From the NCBI GenBank assembly GCA_963734495.1, contig CAVTHK010000001.1, positions 802,442-866,441 on the forward strand: a DNA stretch of 64,000 bases, in the 5' to 3' direction. This stretch comes from an uncultured Spirochaetota bacterium (GTDB lineage: Bacteria > Spirochaetota > Spirochaetia > SZUA-6 > CAVTHK01). Made by a program: the position numbers and the translations under genes. Below are positions 51,856 to 60,545 of this stretch, piece by piece (the stretch's first letter is position 1; each line of letters begins with the position of its first letter). The notes under the pieces were generated by a model, which ran no database searches, had not been told where the DNA came from, and was given only the letters and a program-made list of their open reading frames with translations.

Positions 51856-53298
51856 ATGAATCTGCTGCTCATCCTGAGCGACGAGCACAACCGCAAGGTC
51901 CTCGGATGCAGCGGCAACGAGGTGGCGCGCACCCCCGCCATGGACGCCCTCGCTGCCAGGGGCGCGAGTTTCGCGCAGGCTTACTGCAACAACCCCATCT
52001 GCCTTCCATCACGGGCGAGCTTTACCATCGGCGATTACGCCTCGCGCCATGGCTACTGGGATAACGCCTTTCCCTACAACGGCGAGACGCGCGGGTTCGG
52101 TCATCGGCTGGTGGACGCGGGCTTTCCAGTGACTGCCATCGGCAAGCTGCACTACAAGGGCGCCGACCCCGCCACCGGGTTCCCCGATCAGCGTATTCCC
52201 CTCAACGCCAAGGACGGCATCGGCGACATCTACAGCGCCACGCGGAGCTTCGAGCAGTACCGTCCGCAGCTGGGGGAGCATGTGCGGATAGCACGATGGG
52301 GGGAATCGGACTACCAGCGCTACGATCGCGGCGTGTCCGCCGCCGCCGCAAGGTTCCTCACGGACGAGGCCCCGCGGCACGACAAGCCGTGGCTCCTCAA
52401 GGTCGGTTTCGTCCTGCCGCACTTTCCGCTCGTGGCGCCGGAGAAGTATCGCGAGCTGTTTCCCCTCTCGAAAATGCCCTTTCCCAAACGCTACAGCCTC
52501 GCAGAGCGCCCGCGCCACCCGGTGCTGGAGGAGATGCGTCGCTATATGGGCGCGCAGGGCGAGTTCATGGACCAGGAGGTGCGCAGGGCGCTGGCGGTTT
52601 ACTACGCCCTCTGCTCGGAGTTGGACGACAACATCGGTCGCGTGCTCGACGCACTGGCCGCGAGCGGGCTGGACCGCACCACGCGCGTGATCTACCTTTC
52701 CGACCACGGCGACATGATCGGGGCGCAGGGGCTGTGGTGGAAACACACCTTCTACGAGGAATCCATAGGTGTTCCGTTCATGATGGCCGGCCCCGACATC
52801 CCTGCCGGCCGCGTGATCGCCGCGCCGGTTTCGCTCGTGGACCTCTACCCGACAATTCTGGACTGCTTTGGCCTCGAGCCGACGGCGGAGGAGCTCGCGC
52901 TTCCCGGCCGCTCGCTCCTGCCGGCCGCGCGCGGCGACGAGGCTCTGCCCGACGACAGGCCCATCTACGCGGAGTACTTTGCCGCGGGCTCGGTGACGGG
53001 CATGTACATGCTCCGTCGTGGCGACTTCAAGCTGTGCTACTACGCCTACTACCCGAACCAGCTGTTCGACCTCAAGAAGGACCCGGAGGAGACGCGCGAC
53101 CTCGCCGGCGACCCCGCGTACGCCGATGTCCTGGACGCGCTCGAGGGGGAGTTGCGCCGGGTCGTCGACCCGGAGCGCACGGCCCTGCAGGCTCGCCTGG
53201 CTCAGCTCGACAAGATTGACCAGTACGGCGGCTTTCGCCAGGTCATCAAGCGCGGCGAGCTCTTCCCCTACTCGCCGGTGCCCGAGGAGTTCCGGTGA
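51856..53298 (+). CDS. Cys-type sulfatase (choline-sulfatase-like)
   Basis: SDEH, CLPSRAS, GKLH, PHFP, SDHGDM, LFDLKKDPEE. Confidence 0.9.
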   Translation: MNLLLILSDEHNRKVLGCSGNEVARTPAMDALAARGASFAQAYCNNPICLPSRASFTIGDYASRHGYWDNAFPYNGETRGFGHRLVDAGFPVTAIGKLHYKGADPATGFPDQRIPLNAKDGIGDIYSATRSFEQYRPQLGEHVRIARWGESDYQRYDRGVSAAAARFLTDEAPRHDKPWLLKVGFVLPHFPLVAPEKYRELFPLSKMPFPKRYSLAERPRHPVLEEMRRYMGAQGEFMDQEVRRALAVYYALCSELDDNIGRVLDALAASGLDRTTRVIYLSDHGDMIGAQGLWWKHTFYEESIGVPFMMAGPDIPAGRVIAAPVSLVDLYPTILDCFGLEPTAEELALPGRSLLPAARGDEALPDDRPIYAEYFAAGSVTGMYMLRRGDFKLCYYAYYPNQLFDLKKDPEETRDLAGDPAYADVLDALEGELRRVVDPERTALQARLAQLDKIDQYGGFRQVIKRGELFPYSPVPEEFR

Positions 53299-53999
53299 GC
53301 GCGCCGGTATCCAAACCGATCGACAGTCCCTCGCTGGTGGAAGTCGTGCGCGAGCGCCTGATCGAGGACATCATGGAGCGCCGCTACCTCCCGGGCCAGA
53401 AACTGCCGGTCGTCGAGATCGCCGCGCGATACAGGGTGAGCGAGACGCCGGTCAAGCTGGCCTTTCATCGGCTTGTGAGCGAGGGCATGCTGGAGGCCCT
53501 CCCCCGCCGCGGGGTTGTCGTCAGGCGTGTCTCGCTCGAAGACGTCCGCGAGCTCATGGAAGCGCGGCACATGGTCAACCTGGTTTCCGTGGACGCCGCC
53601 ATCCGCGCGGCGGCAGGCAAAGACCTGGCCGTGGTGGAGCGCCTGCGGAAGAACCTGCACGCCCACGCGCTGCTCCTGTCCGAGGTGAGTGGACGGCTGA
53701 CTATCGACGCTTTCCTGCGTTACGTGCGCCTGGACCGAGAGTACCACCGCGTCTACCTGCACTGCGCGCACAACCGCATCCTCGAGCGCTTCTTCGAACA
53801 GCTGTCGAACCAGGTGACCGTGTTCGTGTCCCTCGGCGAGCTTATGACCGCACGCATTCACAGCGCCTGTGAGGAGCACAGCGCGATCTTCGAAGCGTGT
53901 CTCGCCGGGCGGCGCGATGCGATGATCGATCAGCTGATCCGCCACAAGGAGAGTGCTCTCAAGACGATGGAAGCCATGTTTGCACGGCACCGGTCATGA
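53295..53999 (+). CDS. GntR family regulator (FCD-type)
   Basis: YLPGQKL..VSETPVKLA..EGML wHTH; DREYH, EEHSAIF. Confidence 0.9.
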   Translation: MSAPVSKPIDSPSLVEVVRERLIEDIMERRYLPGQKLPVVEIAARYRVSETPVKLAFHRLVSEGMLEALPRRGVVVRRVSLEDVRELMEARHMVNLVSVDAAIRAAAGKDLAVVERLRKNLHAHALLLSEVSGRLTIDAFLRYVRLDREYHRVYLHCAHNRILERFFEQLSNQVTVFVSLGELMTARIHSACEEHSAIFEACLAGRRDAMIDQLIRHKESALKTMEAMFARHRS

Positions 54000-56314
54000 G
54001 CCGCGTGCGCGGAGACGACGCTTTCGGCAGCGCCGCTGTCGAGCCGGCGACGGCCCGGGCCGGCGAGTCGGGCACGTGGACGCTGACCTGGCGCGCCGGC
54101 AACGCCGGCCTGCGCGCGGGACAGGGCCTCGTCATCCACACCGATTCCGACACCGATTGGGAGGAGCCGCAGACGCTCAATCCCGACGCGAGCGGCTACT
54201 TGCGCCTGGAGCTGCCCGGGAGCGGCGTCGACGGCGGGCCCCTCGAATGCGAAGTCACCGTCATCACCGTCAAGCGCATCGATTTCAGACTCCGGGCCGG
54301 GGCGCTCGGCAGCGGCCAGGAGATCAGGATGGTCTTCGGCGCCGGAAAGGGCCTGCGCATGCAGACCTTCGCCGAGCAGCATCGGTACTTTCTCATCGAC
54401 CATGTCGACGCCGACGGCCGCCGCACCCGCCTGGCGGAGCCGCCGAGTCTGCACGTGTTCGGGAGCAGTGCGGTGCGCCTGGCGGTCCTGAATCCGAGCA
54501 CCGCTGAAAGCGGCGCATCGATCGCCCTCGTGGTCAAAGCTGAGGATAGGTGGGGGAACCCTGCGAGCGGATTTGCCGAACAAGTCACCGTCTGTGTCGG
54601 CGAAGCGCAGAGGGTGATCGCTTTGCCGGCCGACCGCGCGGCGGCGCGCGTGGAGCTGCCGGCGCCCGTCACGGAAGCCCAACGGTTCTTTCGCCCGCGC
54701 GCCTCCTGCGAGGCCTGTTCGACGCTGGGCAACCCGATCCTTGTCGTCCCGAGAGGCGCGGCGACGGACGGCCTCATGCTCTGGGGCGACTTCCACGGCG
54801 GGCAGCTCGTCGACCCGCGCAAGATCGCCGCGTACTACGAGTACGCGAGAGATGTTTCGGCGCTCGCCTTCTCCTCCTATCAGCGCAACGACCACGAAAC
54901 GAGCGACGCGGATTGGGAGATCCAGAAGAACACAGACAAGGCCTTCCACAGGCCGGACGATTTCGTCGCCCTACCGGGCTACGAATGGTCCGCCGACACG
55001 CACCTCGGGGGCGACCGCAACGTCCTCTACCCGCGCCATGGGCTGCCCCTGCTGCGCTCGAGCTTCAGCGCGGTGGCTGGCAAGCAGAGCGATCCGGGGC
55101 AGCAACTGCCGGACCAGCGCGCTCTCTACAACCACTATCGCCTGACCGACGCCGTGCTTGTCCCGCACGTCGGAGGGCGGCCTTCGCATATCGAGCTGCA
55201 CGAACCGCAGCTGGAGCCCGTGGTGGAGATCGCATCGACCCACGGCACCTTTGAGTGGTTCTATCTGGAAGCGCTGCGGCGCGGGTACAAGGTCGGCGTT
55301 GTCGCCGGAAGCGACGGCTACACGGGTCGCCCGGGAGGCGAGTTCCCCGGCTACATCGCGCGGCGCTTCTCGCGCAGCGGGGCTACGGCAATCCGAGCAG
55401 GAGCGCACACCCTCGAAGGCATCCTGGACGCGGCACGCGCGAGGCGAACCTACGCCACCAGCGGCCCGCGGATCTACCTGGACGTGCGCGCTGCGGGTTC
55501 GGGTGCGGGCGATGAGATGCGCGTTGCGGGAATTGGCGCGGACCTGCACACGGTGATACCGCCGCAGCTCTCGGTTGTGGTGCACGGGACGGCGCCGATC
55601 GATCGTATCGACGTGTTCCGTCGCGACAGGCTCGTCCACACGCACGTACCCGCGGGCGGGGACTTCGACGGCGGCTGGCGCCTGCTGATGACCGGCGCAG
55701 CGGCCTGGCGCTGCTACTCGGGCGTGCAGTGGCTCGGGTCCATGTCGGTTCCCGGCGGGCTTTTTACCCACATCGTCCCGCTGCGCCTGGACAGCCCGCG
55801 CAGCCGCGTGAGCGGCGCGGGGAGCAGCACGCTGAGCTGGGACACCACCAATTGTGGCTACGCCCACGGCTTCGAGTTTCGCCTGGGTGGGGCCGCGGGC
55901 GCAGCGGTCCGGTCAGCGCCGGCGTTCTCCCTCGCCGTCGAGTGCTACCTTTACAACGGCATGTATTCGGGTGCCGAGACGCCGGGCACCATGCGCATCA
56001 GCCGCGCGCCGGCGGAAAAGATGCATCTTGTCGGAACGTTCCCGGCTGGGCCGCGCATTCCCGACTCGCGCACCGTCGATCTCGGCCCTGCCGGCCGTGC
56101 GCTGTGTCTGGAACCGGTGATCGAGGAGCGCCCTGAGGAAGTTGAGATGACCTACACGGATGCCGCCATCACCCCCGGCGTCCATCCCTACTGGGTCCGC
56201 GTCACGCAACGCGATATGCACAGCGCGTGGAGCAGTCCCGTCTTCGTGCACTACGCGGGGCAGACCGTGCCGGCGTGGGTGGAATCGGGAGAGAAGTCTC
56301 CGGAGCCCTGGTAG
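53996..56314 (+). CDS. DUF3604 (PHP-like metallohydrolase) domain protein
   Basis: WGDFHG, GYEWS, GDRNV, VPHVGG, EIASTHG, AGSDG, RRTYATSG, YWVRVTQ, AWSSPV. Confidence 0.8.
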   Translation: MSRVRGDDAFGSAAVEPATARAGESGTWTLTWRAGNAGLRAGQGLVIHTDSDTDWEEPQTLNPDASGYLRLELPGSGVDGGPLECEVTVITVKRIDFRLRAGALGSGQEIRMVFGAGKGLRMQTFAEQHRYFLIDHVDADGRRTRLAEPPSLHVFGSSAVRLAVLNPSTAESGASIALVVKAEDRWGNPASGFAEQVTVCVGEAQRVIALPADRAAARVELPAPVTEAQRFFRPRASCEACSTLGNPILVVPRGAATDGLMLWGDFHGGQLVDPRKIAAYYEYARDVSALAFSSYQRNDHETSDADWEIQKNTDKAFHRPDDFVALPGYEWSADTHLGGDRNVLYPRHGLPLLRSSFSAVAGKQSDPGQQLPDQRALYNHYRLTDAVLVPHVGGRPSHIELHEPQLEPVVEIASTHGTFEWFYLEALRRGYKVGVVAGSDGYTGRPGGEFPGYIARRFSRSGATAIRAGAHTLEGILDAARARRTYATSGPRIYLDVRAAGSGAGDEMRVAGIGADLHTVIPPQLSVVVHGTAPIDRIDVFRRDRLVHTHVPAGGDFDGGWRLLMTGAAAWRCYSGVQWLGSMSVPGGLFTHIVPLRLDSPRSRVSGAGSSTLSWDTTNCGYAHGFEFRLGGAAGAAVRSAPAFSLAVECYLYNGMYSGAETPGTMRISRAPAEKMHLVGTFPAGPRIPDSRTVDLGPAGRALCLEPVIEERPEEVEMTYTDAAITPGVHPYWVRVTQRDMHSAWSSPVFVHYAGQTVPAWVESGEKSPEPW

Positions 56315-56840
56315 GCGAGCACCCAACGACTGTGCAAGGGCTGTCGGGCCGCCTGCTCATGGAACTGGCGTACCAGCCGCGCGATGAGGCGGCTGACCTC
56401 CGCGAAGAGCCTGGGATGGAAGCTGGAAGGCGGGTCGCAGGATCTTGGGCGCGGTGAAGGTGAGCACGCGGTGAAGCAGGCGCAGCAGGAGCCTGCAGCT
56501 CAAGAACTCCGCAAACAGCAGCGTCCTCTCCTGCGAGCAAGAGGGGCACAGGTAGTAGCCCTGGCAGGAGAAGGGGCGGAAGGTTTCGCTGCGGCATTCC
56601 GGGTTGTTGCACTGCACCCGAGCCACCCCGAACCCGAGGATCGCCGCAGCGGACAAACGCCTCGGCCACCTCTCGGATGCGGGGCAGGCGATAGCGGCCG
56701 TAGTGGCGGGCGTAGAGGGCGGGGTAGGCTTCGGCGAAAGCCGCGAAGTGGCGGCGGAAGAGGACCCGGAGGACGTTCTCGCCACGGGGCTGGTAGCGGT
56801 GGACATTTGAGGGCGCCGGCGCAACGGCATGACAGGCCAC
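56261..56840 (-). mobile_element. IS91-family (Y2 rolling-circle) transposase pseudogene, N-terminal Zn-binding region to HUH motif
   Basis: Across frameshifts: YGRYRL..FVRCGDP, GVARVQCNNPEC, RPFSCQGYYLCPSCSQ, HRVLTFTAPKILR, YQGSGDF..RFHPRRHGL; catalytic C-terminal half absent. Confidence 0.85.
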
Positions 56841-56852
56841 GCATAGGACAAC

Positions 56853-57050
56853 GGCGGCGGCGAGCGGCGTGCGCGCGCCGCTGCGGCGGAGGCGGCCGCG
56901 AAGCGCCAGCGCGTGAGGGACCCGCAGGGCCCGCCCGCGGAGCGGGCGGGGTCCGAAGGACCGAAGCGAAGCGGAGCCCGGAGGGGCCCGACCCCGAGCC
57001 CGGGCGGGCCGCGGCTCGCGCCGTCAGGGGCCGCGGCCGGGGCTCGGGGG
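56853..57050. repeat. Structured non-coding end of the IS91-like element (second copy of the 48491-48650 repeat)
   Basis: Shared blocks AGCGCCAGCGCGTGAGGGACC, GCAGGGCCCGCCC, AGCGAAGCGGAGCC, GGAGGGGCCCGAC; hairpin 56930-56950. Confidence 0.75.
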
Positions 57051-57113
57051 CACGCCCGGGACACCCATGGGCCCTCACGTCCGTGTGGCCCACGGGTAGG
57101 TACATCCCTGTAC

Positions 57114-57857
57114 CTACATCGAGTGGATCGGGCAGGTGGTGCGGCCGCCCTTGGGAGCGGGGCCGAGCTCCTTCTCGATCTCCTCGAGGCTGGGGACCGG
57201 CACCGCGAGGTCCACGACCTCGACGCCGCGGAACGCCAGCGCCTTGGCCACCTCTTTGCCCATGTGGCCCTTCATGATGACGCAGTGGTGGATGCCCCGC
57301 TCGTGGATCACGTCGAGCACGTCCTGGTTGTTCGGGATGAAGGCCCAGCCGTTGCTGCCGAAGGAGTCGACGCGCTCGCGCAGGAGCTGCCCCTGGAACA
57401 CCGTGGCGTCGAAGCTCGTCGCCGACGTTGCGGCCGAGATGCCGGTAAACGGCACAGGCGCAAGGTCGCCCTTGATGGCGCCGTAGGCGTTGCCTTTGCC
57501 GACGTTGGGGTCGCCTTCGATGATGGTCTGCTCGACGATCTCGCCCTTGCCGGTGATCCACTCGGCGGGGGTCTGCGAGCAGTGGAACAGCGACACGATC
57601 CGCGGGTCCCAGCCCGGGTTGTTGAGGTCGAGGATCACCCCCGGCTCGCCGGTCATGGCCCAGGCGAGGCGGCACATGATGGCGTGGCAGATGTCGGTCT
57701 CGCAGACCAGCGGCTTCCCGATCAGCGAGGCGGCGAGCGAAGCGAACGTGCAGGGCGTGATCTGGAAGTATTGCTCGAAGGTCGTCCAGCAGTGGACGCC
57801 GCCGGTGTCGATGCTGTCGCGCTCGAAGATGTCCCGGATCCACAGCGCGCAGCGCAG
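57114..57857 (-). pseudogene. L-fucose/L-arabinose isomerase-family protein, 5' part missing
   Basis: VHCW, PC, VCETDI, ILDLNN, FHCS, HHCVI..GH; homology stops at about 57857. Confidence 0.75.
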
Positions 57858-58658
57858 ACTTGTCTGCGTGCACTCTCTTCAGGACAGATGGGCACCATGG
57901 AGCAGCCCATCAACAATAGCAAGGGGAATGGCGGCATCATGCGGACGGCTCCCGTGGGACTTGCCTTCTCATCCGGTGCAGCTTTCCGGTATGGGGCCGA
58001 GTTTGCGGCAACTACACATAGCCACCCCTCCGGTTACTTGCCGGCAGGGTTTATGTCAGAAGTGATCTACCATTTGAGTGAGGGATCGACTTTAGAGAGA
58101 GCAATCGAAGAATCACTCAAGGTTCTTGAGAAGTACAAGTATCACGAAGAGACAAAGTTCCAGATGACTGGCGCTATCTGCATGTTGCATTCTGATACTT
58201 CTGTCTCTAGAGCAATAGAGCTCCTTGGGTCGAAGCACGGCGGAGGAACTGGAGAAGAGGCCCTGGGAATCACTCTCTACTGCTCACTCAAGTTTCGCAA
58301 CAACTGGAAAGCAGGTGTGCTTGCCGCGGTCAACCACTCTGGAGACAGTGACTCTACCGCTTCCATCACCGGGGCAGTGCTGGGCACCCTGCTGGGCGTG
58401 AAGAGCATCCCTCCTTTGTGGGTCCAGAAGGTCGAAGACTCCGCGTACATCCGACAGGTCGCGACCAAGTTGTACGAGTTGTACGGAAGTTCGAAGCTTA
58501 GCGCTCCCACGGGGCAAACCGTGAAAGCTGTGCCTTCGATGGACATCGAGTGTCCGATCTGCGGATTCAAACTGAAAGCTCCACGAGCGGGGAAGTTCAA
58601 GTGCGGCAAGTGCAAGCAGGTCTTCGAGCTCAAAGAAGATGGCACCTTCCTCTTGTAG
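57858..58658 (+). pseudogene. ADP-ribosylglycohydrolase (DraG/ARH) with C-terminal zinc ribbon, copy 1, 5' truncated
   Basis: [50 protein letters not shown]; lacks the GDALG/TDDT N-terminus present in copy 2. Confidence 0.88.
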
Positions 58659-58683
58659 AGGGTCAACCGGGCGAGGTAATCGA

Positions 58684-60372
58684 ATGGCAGAACACTCGGA
58701 CAGCGAACTCGAGGAACTTCCAGTCACGGAAGAGCCGAAGTTCCATGGGCTGGCGGTCGTGAACGACGGGGACACACAGGACAAAAAACAGCCGCTGCAT
58801 ACAGCTGCGACTCTGGCAAACCCGTTTCACGATCTGGAAGCCATCGACCGTCCACTCCCAGCATCATTTGTCCGAAGTTGGGTAAGCCCTTACCTCGACA
58901 TTTACAGTCGCGACTACCCATATTTTTGCAAGAAGACCATACCCATTCTGAGGAAAGCAACGAGCCGAATCACGAAGCGCACCATCGTTCAGCTTCTTCA
59001 CGGTCCCGACTGGAGAGACCGAAAGGTCGGTGCGCTATTTGCAGGGTTGACTAAACGGTACGACGTGTTTCCAGTCATAGGGAATCTGCTGCTCCAGAAC
59101 GACTACATGGCCGGGTGGACCTTCGTCGAGGTGCTACTCACGCACGATGCTGAGCTCTCCATTCCCGTCTTTGTCACGTACCTCAGACATTACCTGGTTC
59201 ATCCGGAAGGGGGGGCAGGACAACGCGGGGTATACGCTGCATTTCTGCTCCAGACCGAAAATGACACGCGCTATTCGGCAGTACGAAAGGAACTTGGGTC
59301 CCTCTGGACGAGTTACCTCCTGGACAGATGGTATCCGGAATCGGAGGACGTCCAAGCCGAAATCGATAGGGGCAAATCCTTTTCCGACGTCATCAGAAGA
59401 ATGAGCAACACCGCGGACTGGAGCTGGCTCTATCAGGCAGCTCGCGACCAGGCCCTCGCCGACGAAGACAGTCAGTCACGACCTTTTTCGGAAGACACTG
59501 TCTGGGTGGAAGCGGTTCGACTCTTCCCTGACAACTTCAGGACCACCGGAGGACGCACCTTTCCCAAGGTCTTTCACTGCCCAAGTTGCGGCACCCGGCT
59601 CAAGGCAGACAAGCCGGGTCGGCTTACGTGTTCGACTTGTGGCGCGATGTTCGCGATCCAGAGCGCCGACGTGTTCATAAACCCGAACCAGATCGTCATC
59701 GCCGATGCTCTCAGGAAGGCTGGTGCGGTGGACGGCCAGGGTACCAAGGCAGAGACCGCGGGGGCACAAACTGCCAAAGCTGATATGCACCGAGAAACTG
59801 AAGGACGGAGTGACCCCAACACACCCAACAACAAGATCGTTCCTGGCTTCGACGACGAAAAGGACGACAGCCTCAAGATCCGGCTCCAGAAGTTCGACGG
59901 TGTTGACAACTGCCTGGCTCTCTACCTGACGGGCTACGTCGACATCTACAATTCGAACTACTACAAGAAGAGAGTCAATAAGGCCATAGAAGCAGGCTAC
60001 ATCAAGCTGATTCTCAACTATGCCGGAGTCAATATGATTGCGGACGCTGACATCGACTGCAACACTTCCTTCCTCAAGGCTGTCAAACCACGCGGAGGTG
60101 ATCTCGTCATCCTGGAGACGCAGCCGCAGGTCTACACAGAGTATCAAGGCATCGGTCTCTCTCAAGTCTTCCACTTTGCGAATGCGCTTGACGAGGCTGT
60201 GGAGTTCTTTGCCCGAAGCGCAGACGTCCCTGGAGGTGCTGCCTTCCCGAGGACTATCAAGTGCCCGACCTGCAGTTTTAAGCTGAAGACGTCAAAGCCA
60301 GGTCGGTTCCGTTGCTCCAACTGCAAGACCATCTTGGCCATCGACAATACGGGGCAGGTCTTCCTGGGATAG
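58684..60372 (+). CDS. DUF6000-like domain + zinc ribbon + STAS (anti-sigma antagonist-like) + zinc ribbon fusion
   Basis: DWRDRKVGA..IGNLLL..YLRHYL; CPSC..CSTC (about 59560-59655); GFDDEKDDSLKIRLQ..LTGYVD..VKPRGGDLV (about 59835-60210); CPTC..CSNC. Confidence 0.8.
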   Translation: MAEHSDSELEELPVTEEPKFHGLAVVNDGDTQDKKQPLHTAATLANPFHDLEAIDRPLPASFVRSWVSPYLDIYSRDYPYFCKKTIPILRKATSRITKRTIVQLLHGPDWRDRKVGALFAGLTKRYDVFPVIGNLLLQNDYMAGWTFVEVLLTHDAELSIPVFVTYLRHYLVHPEGGAGQRGVYAAFLLQTENDTRYSAVRKELGSLWTSYLLDRWYPESEDVQAEIDRGKSFSDVIRRMSNTADWSWLYQAARDQALADEDSQSRPFSEDTVWVEAVRLFPDNFRTTGGRTFPKVFHCPSCGTRLKADKPGRLTCSTCGAMFAIQSADVFINPNQIVIADALRKAGAVDGQGTKAETAGAQTAKADMHRETEGRSDPNTPNNKIVPGFDDEKDDSLKIRLQKFDGVDNCLALYLTGYVDIYNSNYYKKRVNKAIEAGYIKLILNYAGVNMIADADIDCNTSFLKAVKPRGGDLVILETQPQVYTEYQGIGLSQVFHFANALDEAVEFFARSADVPGGAAFPRTIKCPTCSFKLKTSKPGRFRCSNCKTILAIDNTGQVFLG

Positions 60373-60545
60373 AGGCCGCACGCAACAATCGATAGAGATG
60401 ACCCTTTGATGCAGGACGGCTTGAACGAAGCGTGAAAAGGGGAAGAGCAGTTGTCGCCAATACGCTGGGATCGACCTACTACGTTTCGCTACCTTCGGCC
60501 ACGAGAGGGTGAGGAAGCCCACCACAGCGATGTATAATGCCTCTT

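Noticed and set aside
113-56326. Numerous long alternative-frame ORFs (e.g. 113..1882, 2396..4498, 12272..15082, 29749..33273)
   Set aside because: Arg/Gly/Pro-rich shadow ORFs expected at high GC, overlapping genes with clear motifs; parts of some carry frameshifted segments of real genes.
48491-56995. Repeat pair as a CRISPR array or integron attC sites
   Set aside because: Only two long degenerate copies 8.4 kb apart, with no spacers, cas or intI; homology extends into the IS91 transposase.
56913-58658. 581-aa ORF as a single ARH fusion protein
   Set aside because: Its N-terminal ~315 codons are the IS repeat and the antisense of the isomerase fragment; it is read-through across the junction.
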